Source of the DNA: an uncultured Actinomycetes bacterium
GTDB lineage: Bacteria; Actinomycetota; Thermoleophilia; Gaiellales; Gaiellaceae
Direction of reading: 5' to 3'
DNA length: 64,000 bases
Assembly: GCA_963715575.1 (NCBI GenBank)
Contig: OY970250.1
Coordinates: 414,992-478,991, forward strand
This document shows positions 48,797 to 56,780 of the stretch, piece by piece; position 1 is the first letter of the stretch; each line of letters opens with the position of its first letter. A program made the position numbers and the translations under genes. The notes below the pieces were generated by a model, which was not told the origin of the DNA, did no database searches, and worked only from the letters and a program-made list of their open reading frames with translations.

Positions 48797-48822
48797 GATA
48801 TCAAGATATCAGATTGATATCT
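48797..48822. promoter_or_regulatory. AT-rich operator-like element: three GATATC cores including a perfect 8-bp inverted repeat AGATATCA-GAT-TGATATCT
   Basis: GGATATCAAGATATCAGATTGATATCTAG read directly. Lies between the sigH-like stop (48821-48823) and the RHH/HTH gene start, in an otherwise very GC-rich context. Confidence 0.5.
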
Positions 48823-49483
48823 AGTGCAGCACTTGCCGGGACTGCTGGTGCGCGAGCACCTTGCGCTTCACGCGCTGGAGCGCGTTGTCGATCGTCTTCG
48901 TGTCGCAGCCGAGTCGCTCGGCCATGTCCTCGTAGGACTCGCCTTCGAGGTAGAGCTTGAGCGCGTCGGCTTCGAGCTTCGAGAGCCCGCTGCCGAGCGT
49001 GAAGACGAGGCTCTGCAGCTCCTCGGTCGAGATCACGCACACCGACGGGTCGTCCACCGACGGCCCGGGCAGGGCGTCGCCGAGGGTGCAGTCGCCGTCC
49101 GACTCCTGGCCGGCGGGCGTGTGGCTGAACGAGACGTACGAGTTGAGCGGCGAGTGCTTGAAGCGCGTCGCGGTCTTGATCGCGGTGATGATCTGCCGCG
49201 TCACGCAGAGCTCGGCGAAGCTGCGGAACGACGAGAGCTCCGGGCTGAAGTCACGCACGGCCTTGTAGAGCCCGATCAGGCCCTCCTGGATCAGATCCTC
49301 CGAGTCGCCGCCGGCGAGGAAGTACGAGCTCGCCTTCAGCCGGACGAAGCCGGTGTAGCGGCGGATCAGCTCGTCGAGTGCCTTCTGGTCGCCGTTGCGG
49401 GCTCGCATGACGAGCTGGAGATCGGCGAGCTCTCGCTGGAGCTTCTGCGGCGTTTGGATCGTCTGGGCGGTCCGAGCGGGCAC
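48821..49483 (-). CDS. sigH: Sigma-70 family sigma factor, Bacillus SigH-like
   Basis: SSYFLAGGDSEDLIQEGLIGLYKAVRDFSPELSSFRSFAELCVTRQIITAIKTATRFKHSPLNSYVSF and TKTIDNALQRVKRKV closely resemble B. subtilis SigH. Start GTG 49481-49483 after GAGGGGGAG (track start 49561 possible). Confidence 0.85.
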   Translation of the reverse strand: MPARTAQTIQTPQKLQRELADLQLVMRARNGDQKALDELIRRYTGFVRLKASSYFLAGGDSEDLIQEGLIGLYKAVRDFSPELSSFRSFAELCVTRQIITAIKTATRFKHSPLNSYVSFSHTPAGQESDGDCTLGDALPGPSVDDPSVCVISTEELQSLVFTLGSGLSKLEADALKLYLEGESYEDMAERLGCDTKTIDNALQRVKRKVLAHQQSRQVLH

Positions 49484-49540
49484 GGCTCCCCCTCGTTCGA
49501 GGACGGTGAGCTGCGAAGCCTCACCCTGAGGTTGAGGATC

Positions 49541-49569
49541 AAGATAGCAAGGTCCCAACACGTTTACAA
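49541..49569 (-). promoter_or_regulatory. Putative promoter for the sigH-like gene (TTGTAA - 17 nt - TATCTT on minus strand)
   Basis: Hexamers read directly in the AT-richer yacP-sigH spacer. Confidence 0.3.
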
Positions 49570-49589
49570 GACTTTGCTGTTTTTCGGAC

Positions 49590-50030
49590 TTAACCGGACC
49601 CTTGCCCTCGGCGGAGCTTCTCTAGTCGTTTTCGCGTCTCTTCGTCCACGCGATCCCGAAGCTGCGATCTTCCCGGGTCCTGGTGACTCGGCTCGTCGAG
49701 GTCTTCCAGGAACGTTCGCGAGCTGCGCTTCTGCACCTCCTGCCCGGAGGTGCCGCGAATCGCCGAGTCGGAGGAGACCAGGCACACGGTCTCGCGCCCG
49801 CGGTGCTCGGCCGCCAGCCGCTCGAGGAGCGCGTCCGCGTGCTCGGCGTACCGCACCTCGAGCGGGCCGTGCACGCGCTCCTCGCCCACGCCGTCGAAGA
49901 CGAGCACGCCGCGAGCGCCGTTCAGCGCGACGAAGCTGGCGAGCCGGTCGACGAGCTCGCGCGGATCCTCGAACGGCCCCGCGTGCAGGAGGTTGTAGCC
50001 GTCGAACAGGTAGAGCGTCGGCTCAGCCAC
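49590..50030 (-). CDS. yacP: NYN-domain ribonuclease YacP/Rae1-like
   Basis: LYLFDGYNLLHA, VLVFDG, CLVSSDSAIR. Position between rlmB and sigH matches Bacillus. Confidence 0.8.
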   Translation of the reverse strand: MAEPTLYLFDGYNLLHAGPFEDPRELVDRLASFVALNGARGVLVFDGVGEERVHGPLEVRYAEHADALLERLAAEHRGRETVCLVSSDSAIRGTSGQEVQKRSSRTFLEDLDEPSHQDPGRSQLRDRVDEETRKRLEKLRRGQGSG

Positions 50031-50730
50031 CGCGTTGCCGCCTCGCCTCGTACAGCAGCAAAGCCGCCGCGACGCTGACGTTCAGCGACTCGACCTTGCC
50101 ATGCAGCGGGATCGAGACGGCGTCGTCGCAGGTTCGCCGCACGAGCGGCCGCAGGCCCTTGCCCTCGGCGCCGAGCACGAAGACCGAGCCGCCCGAGAGG
50201 TCGGCCTCCCACATCGACGTCTCGGCGTCGCCGGCCGCTGCCCAGATCCAGAGCCGCGGGCTCTTGATCTCGGCGAGGTAGCGGGCCAGGTTCTTCACGA
50301 CCGCGACCGGCAGGTGCTCGACCGCGCCCGCCGAGGCACGCGCGACCGCGGGCGTGACCCGCGCCGAGTTGTGGGCCGGGAGCACGACGCAGTCCGCGCC
50401 CGCGCCGTCCGCGCTGCGGATCACGGCGCCGAGGTTGCGCGGGTCGGTGACCTAGTCGAGCACGGCGAGCAGCGGCGACTCGCCGGCCGCGAGCTCGTGC
50501 GCGTCCGCGTAGCGGTACGGCTCGACTCGCGCGAGCACGCCCTGGTGGTCCTGGGTGCCGGCCTCGGCGGTCAGCTCGCGCTCCGGCTTCGTGTGGAGGC
50601 GAACGCCGGCCTCCCCCAGCCACGGCTCGGCCTTCTGCGCCCGCTCGGTCGCCCACAGCTCGAGCACCTCGCGGGGCCCGCGCAGCGCCTCGCGCACGGG
50701 GCGACGCCCGTAGACGAGCTCGCTGGTCAC
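50023..50730 (-). pseudogene. rlmB: 23S rRNA (Gm2251) 2'-O-methyltransferase RlmB/TrmH family, interrupted by an in-frame TAG at 50452-50454
   Basis: GTG 50728-50730 (GTGA overlap with cysS stop): VTSELVYGRRPVREAL...[32 protein letters not shown]...VESLNVSVAAALLLYE. The stop sits inside SpoU motif 1. Confidence 0.85.
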
Positions 50731-52014
50731 CGCTTGGGAACGAGCTGAAAGCCGGGCTCGGCGTCCACGTCCCGCACGATCCACCCCGCCGCCTCGATCT
50801 CGTCGCGCAGGCGGTCGCTCGTCTCGAAGTCCTTCTGCGCGCGGGCCTCGAGGCGCGCTCGCGCGAGCTCCTCCAGCTCGGCCGGCGCCGTCGCCACCTC
50901 GGCCAGCGACTCGAGCCCGAAGATCTCCAGCCCGCGCCGCAGCAGGTCGTGGTCGCGCCAGCCGTGCAGCACCGCCAGCGCTTCGGGCGTGTTGAAGTCG
51001 TCGTCCAGGGCGGCCGCGAAGGCGTCCCAGTCGCCACCCTCGAGCGAGTCGCCGCGGAACACGTTGCGGAAGCTCTCGGCCTGCGCGGCCGCCTGCTCCA
51101 GCACCTCGTCCGAGTAGTCGATCGGCTTGCGCCAGTGGCCGCCGAGGAAGTAGACGAGCAGCGTCTCCCGCCCCCACTCGTCCAGCGCTTCCCGCAGCGA
51201 CACGAGGTTGCCGAGCGACTTCGACATCTTCTCGCCTGACAGCCGCAGCATGCCGTTGTGCATCCAGAGCTGCGCGAACCCGTGCCCGAGCGAGCGCGAC
51301 TGCGCGACCTCGTTCTCGTGGTGCGGGAAGATCAGGTCGAGCCCGCCGCCGTGGATCTCGAACACCGGCCCGAGGTGCTCCTCCGCCATCGCCGAGCACT
51401 CGATGTGCCAGCCTGGCCGGCCGCGGCCCCAGGGCGAGTCCCACCACGTGTCCTCGCCCTCCTTGTGGCCCTTCCAGAGCGCGAAGTCGCGCGGGTCGTC
51501 CTTGCGCTCGGTCTCCTCGGCTCCTCGACGGGTTACGCGTCGCCTCCTCGTCGCCGTGGCGGCCCGAGAGCCTGCCGTAGTCCGGGAAGCTCGAGACGCG
51601 GAAGTAGACGTCGCCCTCGGCCGGGTAGGCGTGGCCGCTATCGACGAGCTGCTCGATCATCGCGACGATCTCCGGGATCGACTCGGTCGCCTTCGGCTCG
51701 ACGTCGGGGCGGCCAAGGCCCAGGTCGCCGGTGTCCTCGACGTACCAGCCGCTCGCGTCGGCGGCGAGCTTCGCGCTCGCGCCCGGTGCGGCCGCGTAGA
51801 TCTTGTCGTTGATGTCGGTGATGTTCTCGGCGAGCTTCACCTCGTAGCCGCTGCCCTCGAGCCAGCGCTTGAGCCACAGCGAGATCACGAACGGGCGCGC
51901 GTTGCCGATGTGGATCCGCTGGTAGACGGTCGGCCCGCAGAAGTACATCCGGATCGGGCCGGGCGGCGGCGGCAGCTCCTGCAGCTGCCTGGTGGCGGTG
52001 TCATAGAGCCGCAT
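50727..52014 (-). pseudogene. cysS: Cysteinyl-tRNA synthetase with a reading-frame change around 51515-51560
   Basis: N-terminal frame: MRLYDTATRQL...YFCGPTVYQRIHIGNARP...FPDYGRLSGR. C-terminal frame (track ORF 50727..51389 plus hand extension): ETERKDDPRDFALWKGHKEGEDTWWDSPWGRGRPGWHIECSAMAEEHLG...HHENEVAQS...KMSKSLGN. Confidence 0.85.
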
Positions 52015-52978
52015 CGATCCTCCTCAAAGCCTCCTCGCGCGGGAGCGCCGCGACGACCGTCCAGAGCTCCGGGCCGCGGTCGCGTCCGGTGAGCGCGAGC
52101 CGCAGCGCGCGCAGGTTGCCACCGACGGCCTTCAGCTCGCGAATCGTCTCACGTGGCTCGCCGCCGGCGAGCTCCTTGAAGCGCTCGATCGTCGGGCGCG
52201 CGTCCTCGGGGAGCGTGACCGGCTCGGGCTCGAGAATCTGGCGCGCGAACTCACGCGCCTCGTTCAGGTCCCGGGCGCCGCGCAGCGCAGGCGCGAGCTC
52301 GAGCGGCGCGCCGACGCGGGCCGTCAGCTCCTCGTCGGAGAGCGCGCCGATCGCATCGGTGGCCAGGCGCCGGATCCGCGGCAGGTCGTAGTGGACGTCG
52401 TGCTTCGGCAGGCCGAGCTCCTCGAGATACGCGCGGACCGCTTCAGCCGGGATCCCCGCCTCGCGCAGCTGCGCGACCGTCGCCCCCTCGGCGCGCTTGG
52501 AGAGCTTCTTGCCGTCCTCGCCGAGGATCAGGCCGTGGTGGACGAACTCGGGCGGGGTCGCGCCGAGCGCCTCGAACAGCCGCCGGTGCAGCGCCTCGTT
52601 CGGGCGGTGGTCGTTGCCGCGCACGACGTGCGTGATGCCGAAGTCGATGTCGTCCACCACGCTCGCCAGGTGGTAGGTCGGCGAGCCGTCCTCGCGCACG
52701 AGCGTGATCCCGTCGAAGCGCTCGCCGAGCTGCACCGCGGCCTCGAGGTGCCGCTCGCGCCGCTCGCTCTGGCGCACCGGGCCTTCGTCCCACGCGAGCC
52801 CGAGCCACTCGAGGTCGCGCAGCAGCTCCTCCTCGCCGCCGGGCACGTTGCGAGCCGGGTCGGTGTCGTCGATCCGCAGCAGCGACCAGTCGCCCAGCGA
52901 ACGGTTCGCAACCGCGCTGAGCGCGTTGCCGACGTGGAGCGAGCCCGTCGGGCTGGGAGCGAAGCGTGTGCGCCTCAT
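52001..52978 (-). CDS. gltX: Glutamyl-tRNA synthetase-like protein, unusually short (325 aa)
   Basis: RFAPSPTGSLHVGNA (HIGH), LRIDDTD, DGSPTYHLASVVDD, KLSKR (KMSKS), C-terminal LRLALTGRDRGPELWTVVAAL. Lacks ~70 aa between WDEGP and DGSPTYH, and ~90 aa of the anticodon-binding region, compared with the canonical GluRS I recall. Confidence 0.75.
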   Translation of the reverse strand: MRRTRFAPSPTGSLHVGNALSAVANRSLGDWSLLRIDDTDPARNVPGGEEELLRDLEWLGLAWDEGPVRQSERRERHLEAAVQLGERFDGITLVREDGSPTYHLASVVDDIDFGITHVVRGNDHRPNEALHRRLFEALGATPPEFVHHGLILGEDGKKLSKRAEGATVAQLREAGIPAEAVRAYLEELGLPKHDVHYDLPRIRRLATDAIGALSDEELTARVGAPLELAPALRGARDLNEAREFARQILEPEPVTLPEDARPTIERFKELAGGEPRETIRELKAVGGNLRALRLALTGRDRGPELWTVVAALPREEALRRIDAAL

Positions 52979-52988
52979 GGCGCGGAAT

Positions 52989-54263
52989 CTAGCGCCCGGC
53001 TCGATACGCGAGCGCCGCGGAGAGCACCGGGTCGCCGTTGCGGAAGAAGGCCGTCGAGCTGAGCGACACGTGGACCCTGGGCTCGATCCCGGCTCGGGTG
53101 TCCGCCGCGAAGCTCTTCTGCCAGTACACGGTGGCGATGTTGACGTTGACGCCGGCGACCGGCAGGTCGACCCCGGTCGCGTCGCCGTACAGGTTCGGCG
53201 CGCCGCCCGAGGTCTCGCCCACGAAGACGGCGCGCGTGCGCCGCTCGAGCTCGGTGATGAAATTCGCTGCCGCTGAGAAGGTGCTGCGCGAGATCAGCAC
53301 GACGAGCCGCCCAGGCCGGTTCACCACCTTCGAGCGGAGCGCGCCGAGCAGCGGTGTGTAGGTGTGGTTGTCGCCGCCGGGATTGAGGCGGACGTCGACG
53401 ACGACCCGTCGTACCTTTCGCTGCCGCGCGAGTCGCAAGACCTTCCGTGCCTCCGCATAGGTCGAGCCGGCGACCATGTTGTAGCCGACGAACACGACGC
53501 GCCCCCGGTCGACCGTCGTGACGTAGTGATCCTCGCCGCGGCGGCGCAGGTAGAGCGGCTTCGGGCGCTTCGGCAAGGCGTAGACGAACGAGGGGAAGAG
53601 CGGGTGCATCAGGCGCAGGTAGGCGGCTGCCGTGAAGGGCGCGAGCGTCACCTGCTGCGGCGCGGCGCCCGGCCGCTGGAGCGTGAACGCCGCCTGGCCG
53701 GTGCCCGCGCGCAGGCCGAGGCCGTGCAGCACCTCGGCCGTCAAGAGGAAGCTCATGAAGCGGTCGTCGCGCGTCGCGTCGTTGTCGCGCGGCACGAGCG
53801 GGCGAACCTGCCGCTCGAGCTCGCCCGCCGGGATGCCGTCGAGCGCCAGCACCTTCGAGCCGACCAGCGACTCCCGCCCCGGCGCGGCGACGACGAACAG
53901 GCCGTCGCTGAACTTGTAGAGGTAGAGCGGAAACAGGTGAAGCACGCGCTGGTGCGCCGAGTCGAGCGGAAAGATGCCCGAGTGGCCGTCACGCTCGCCG
54001 AGCAGGCAGCTGAAGCGCATCAGCTCGACGAGCAGCTGGTCGGGCGAGAGGCCGTCGGCGCGGGCCGCCAGCTCCTCCGCCGCGGCCTGGAACGCGGGCT
54101 CCGGCGTCGCGTGGAAGGGATCGGGGTGAGCGGTCCGGATTCGCTCCATCAGCAGGCGCACGTCGTCCGCTGCGGTCGGCGACGCGGGATGCGCCGGGCC
54201 GCTCGCCCCGGCGGCGACGACCACTGCCCCGGCGAGAATCGTGAGCAGGATCCGTCGCAACAT
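52989..54263 (-). CDS. Secreted S41 family peptidase
   Basis: Signal peptide MLRRILLTILAGAVVVAAGASG; VVVDVRLNPGGDNH, LISRSTFSAAANF. Confidence 0.75.
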   Translation of the reverse strand: MLRRILLTILAGAVVVAAGASGPAHPASPTAADDVRLLMERIRTAHPDPFHATPEPAFQAAAEELAARADGLSPDQLLVELMRFSCLLGERDGHSGIFPLDSAHQRVLHLFPLYLYKFSDGLFVVAAPGRESLVGSKVLALDGIPAGELERQVRPLVPRDNDATRDDRFMSFLLTAEVLHGLGLRAGTGQAAFTLQRPGAAPQQVTLAPFTAAAYLRLMHPLFPSFVYALPKRPKPLYLRRRGEDHYVTTVDRGRVVFVGYNMVAGSTYAEARKVLRLARQRKVRRVVVDVRLNPGGDNHTYTPLLGALRSKVVNRPGRLVVLISRSTFSAAANFITELERRTRAVFVGETSGGAPNLYGDATGVDLPVAGVNVNIATVYWQKSFAADTRAGIEPRVHVSLSSTAFFRNGDPVLSAALAYRAGR

Positions 54264-54310
54264 ACGGCTGACTTTAGCACCACTAAAACCAATGTGCCTA
54301 CACTTAAGCC

Positions 54311-54883
54311 ATGAGCACCGTCGACGCAGGTGAGATCCGGGTCGGCGCTCGGCTCCGGGCCCGCCGGCTCGAGCTCGGGCTGACGATGAGCGAGGTCGCC
54401 GAGCGCAGCGGCCTGACCGCCGGCTTCATCAGCCAGCTCGAGCGCGACCTGACCTCCGCGTCCCTGTCCTCGCTCTACCGCATCTGCGCCGTGCTCGGGC
54501 TGCGCGTCGGCAGCCTGATCGACGACGTGCCCGCAGGCAGGCTGATCCGCCGGGACGAGCAGGCGCGCCGCTCGCTGGCGCTGGGCAACGCCGAGCACCT
54601 GCTGCTCAGCTCGGGCGAAGAACGTCGCTTTCACGTCACCGAGTCGCACATCCCGCCGGGCGGCAGCGCCGGTGACGAGCTCTACACCCTGCCCGCCGAC
54701 GTCGAGCTCGTCTACGTGCTCCGTGGCTCCCTCGAGCTACGGGTCGGCCACGAGCTGCACGAGCTCGAGGAGGGAGACACGCTCAGCTACTCGCCACGCG
54801 AGCCGCACACCTGGCGGAACCCTTCCGAGACGGACGAGGCGGTCGTGCTCTGGACGGCCCTGCCGAACCCGTACGTCGTCTAG
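54311..54883 (+). CDS. XRE-family HTH + cupin domain transcriptional regulator
   Basis: LRARRLELGLTMSEVAERSGLTAGFISQLERD; cupin: ELVYVLRGSLELRVGHELHELEEGDTLSY..EPHTWRN. Confidence 0.88.
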   Translation: MSTVDAGEIRVGARLRARRLELGLTMSEVAERSGLTAGFISQLERDLTSASLSSLYRICAVLGLRVGSLIDDVPAGRLIRRDEQARRSLALGNAEHLLLSSGEERRFHVTESHIPPGGSAGDELYTLPADVELVYVLRGSLELRVGHELHELEEGDTLSYSPREPHTWRNPSETDEAVVLWTALPNPYVV

Positions 54884-55344
54884 AAACTGATCGAGTAGCC
54901 GACGTCGAACGGCTTCGGCGGGAACGGGACCACCCGCGAGCTGCCGTTCTCCGCCCAGCCGAGCCGCTCGTAGAAGCGACGCGCGCGGTCGTTGTGCTCG
55001 AGCACCCAGAGGTGGCAGCGCTCGCAGCCGTTCGCGCGCTGGCGCGCGAGCACGTCGTCGTGCAGCGCCCGACCGACGCCGCGGTTCCACCACTGCGGCA
55101 GCACGTAGAGGCTGTCGAGCCACTCGGTGCGATAGGCGGCGACGCCCGCGGCGGCACCGTCCTCCTCGGCGACCAGCACGGTCACCTTGTCATCGGCGAG
55201 GAAGCCTTCCCAGACCCGCGCGACCTCGGCGGTCGGGTACGGGTAGAGCTCCGGCGGGAAGACGTGCGCGTACGCCGCGATCGACGCGTCGCGCTGAATC
55301 GCCGCCAGCGCCCGGGCCTCGTCCGGGCGCGCCTCCCTGATCAC
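54880..55344 (-). CDS. GNAT family N-acetyltransferase
   Basis: LYVLPQWWNRGVGRALHDDVL, ARRFYERLGW. Confidence 0.85.
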   Translation of the reverse strand: MIREARPDEARALAAIQRDASIAAYAHVFPPELYPYPTAEVARVWEGFLADDKVTVLVAEEDGAAAGVAAYRTEWLDSLYVLPQWWNRGVGRALHDDVLARQRANGCERCHLWVLEHNDRARRFYERLGWAENGSSRVVPFPPKPFDVGYSISF

Positions 55345-56096
55345 GTGCCGCGGCGCTCGATGAACTCGAGCGTCCGGTTCCAGGCGTCCTCGGAGGCGCC
55401 CGCGAACTCGTCCTGCTTGCGGTCGAAGAAGCTGTGCGGCGCGCCTTCGTAGACGACGAGCTCGTGCTCGACGCCCGCATCCGAGAGCGCCTGCTCGAAG
55501 GCCTCGTTGTCGGCGGCCGTGATGTTCTGGTCGGCCCCGGCCTGCAGGGCGAGGATCGGCGCGTCCAGCTTCGAGACGAGCTGCTCGGGGCCGGGCGAGC
55601 CGTCGGCAGCAGCGCCCGGCCTGCCGTAGAAGCCGACCGCACCGGCGAGCCCGTTCTCGGCCGCGGCGGCCAGCCAGGAATGACGGCCGCCCAGGCAGAA
55701 GCCGACGGTGAAGACGGATTCGACGCCGAGCGAGCGCAGGTGCTCGACGGCCGCGGCGACGTCGGCCTGGATCTGCTCCGGCGTGACCGCCTCGACGTGC
55801 GGCCTGTACTCGAAGTCCTCGCCGCGCTTCTCCGTTCCGGCCGTGCGGCCGAAGTAGTCGAACGCGAGCGCCGGGTAGCCGCGCTCGGCGAAGCGCAGGG
55901 CCAGCTCCTCGTAGAAGCGGTAGAGCCCGCGCACGTCGGGCAGGATCACGACGCCCTTGCCGGACGGCTCGTCAGGCGTGGCCAGGAAGGCGGCGAAGCG
56001 GTTCCCGTCGCGCGCCTCGAGTACGAGGTCGTCGTGCGACACGGCCGCGCCCGAGATGGCCGGGACGGGCGGCGAGCTGTCGCGCTCGAAGCACAT
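55341..56096 (-). CDS. Dienelactone hydrolase family protein
   Basis: GVVILPDVRGL, VGFCLGGRHS (nucleophile elbow with Cys), YEGAPHSF. Confidence 0.85.
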   Translation of the reverse strand: MCFERDSSPPVPAISGAAVSHDDLVLEARDGNRFAAFLATPDEPSGKGVVILPDVRGLYRFYEELALRFAERGYPALAFDYFGRTAGTEKRGEDFEYRPHVEAVTPEQIQADVAAAVEHLRSLGVESVFTVGFCLGGRHSWLAAAAENGLAGAVGFYGRPGAAADGSPGPEQLVSKLDAPILALQAGADQNITAADNEAFEQALSDAGVEHELVVYEGAPHSFFDRKQDEFAGASEDAWNRTLEFIERRGT

Positions 56097-56098
56097 GG

Positions 56099-56455
56099 CT
56101 AGGTCGGCTGCGGCTTCGCGCGCCGCTCAGCCAACGGCGTGCGCTCCAGCCGGCGCGGGAAGATGACCAGGACGCTCAGGCCCTCGTAGCCGGTGAACCG
56201 GTGGTCGGCGCCCGCGGGCACGAACGCGGCTTGCCCCTCGTTCAGCGCGACCGCCTCGCCCTCGACGGTCAGCGTCCCCCGTCCCTCCAGGACGACGTAC
56301 AGCTCGTCGTCGGCGTGGGCGCTCTGGTGGTCCGGCTCGGGCGCGACGAGCACGTAGACGCCGACCTCCAGCCCGGGCGACTCGTGAATGATCTCGTAGC
56401 CGCCGCCCGCCGCTGCGAGCCGCTGCCTCGTCCTCTCGACTTCGAGCGCGTTCAC
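56099..56455 (-). CDS. Cupin domain protein
   Basis: HADDELYVVLEGRGTLTVEGEAVALNEGQAAFVPAGADHRF. Confidence 0.8.
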   Translation of the reverse strand: MNALEVERTRQRLAAAGGGYEIIHESPGLEVGVYVLVAPEPDHQSAHADDELYVVLEGRGTLTVEGEAVALNEGQAAFVPAGADHRFTGYEGLSVLVIFPRRLERTPLAERRAKPQPT

Positions 56456-56474
56456 TGCAGGCGAGCCTACCGCC

Positions 56475-56780
56475 TTAGCCGCGCGGGACCAGCTGCTCGT
56501 TCTCCCGGCCGGCGCGCCACTCGACCCTCGTCTGCTGCTCGCGGATGCGCTCGTCGCCGTGCCGCACCCAGCCGTAGTAGTGAGTGGCGAGCACGACTGC
56601 CCACAGCGAGACGACGAAGTAGGCGAGCCACGGGACGTTGCCTGTCGGTACGCCCAGGATCACCACGACGACGGCGAGCGCGAAGACTGCGGCGTGCCGG
56701 CGCCACGCCCTGCGCGCATCGGCCACGTACAGCTCGCGTTCGGCCGCCTCGTAGTCGTGCACTGTGATTGGAGCTCTCAT
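56475..56780 (-). CDS. 2TM-domain small membrane protein (101 aa)
   Basis: ATG 56778-56780 (ATGA overlap). RRAWRRHAAVFALAVVVVILGV...PWLAYFVVSLWAVVLATHYYGW. Confidence 0.7.
   Translation of the reverse strand: MRAPITVHDYEAAERELYVADARRAWRRHAAVFALAVVVVILGVPTGNVPWLAYFVVSLWAVVLATHYYGWVRHGDERIREQQTRVEWRAGRENEQLVPRG

Noticed and set aside
48797-48824. AT-rich GATATC palindrome cluster considered as a chromosomal dif site for the nearby-type Xer recombinases
   Set aside because: It is ~27 kb from the xer genes. As far as I can recall, it does not match the usual 11-6-11 dif layout with ATAA...TTAT inner arms. Its position exactly in front of an RHH/HTH gene favours an operator. This is not fully excluded without a dif model search.
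50452-50454. In-frame TAG in rlmB considered as stop-codon reassignment or pyrrolysine
   Set aside because: TAG terminates several clearly complete genes in the window (ybaB, asd, pckA). No pyl genes or PYLIS-like context were seen.
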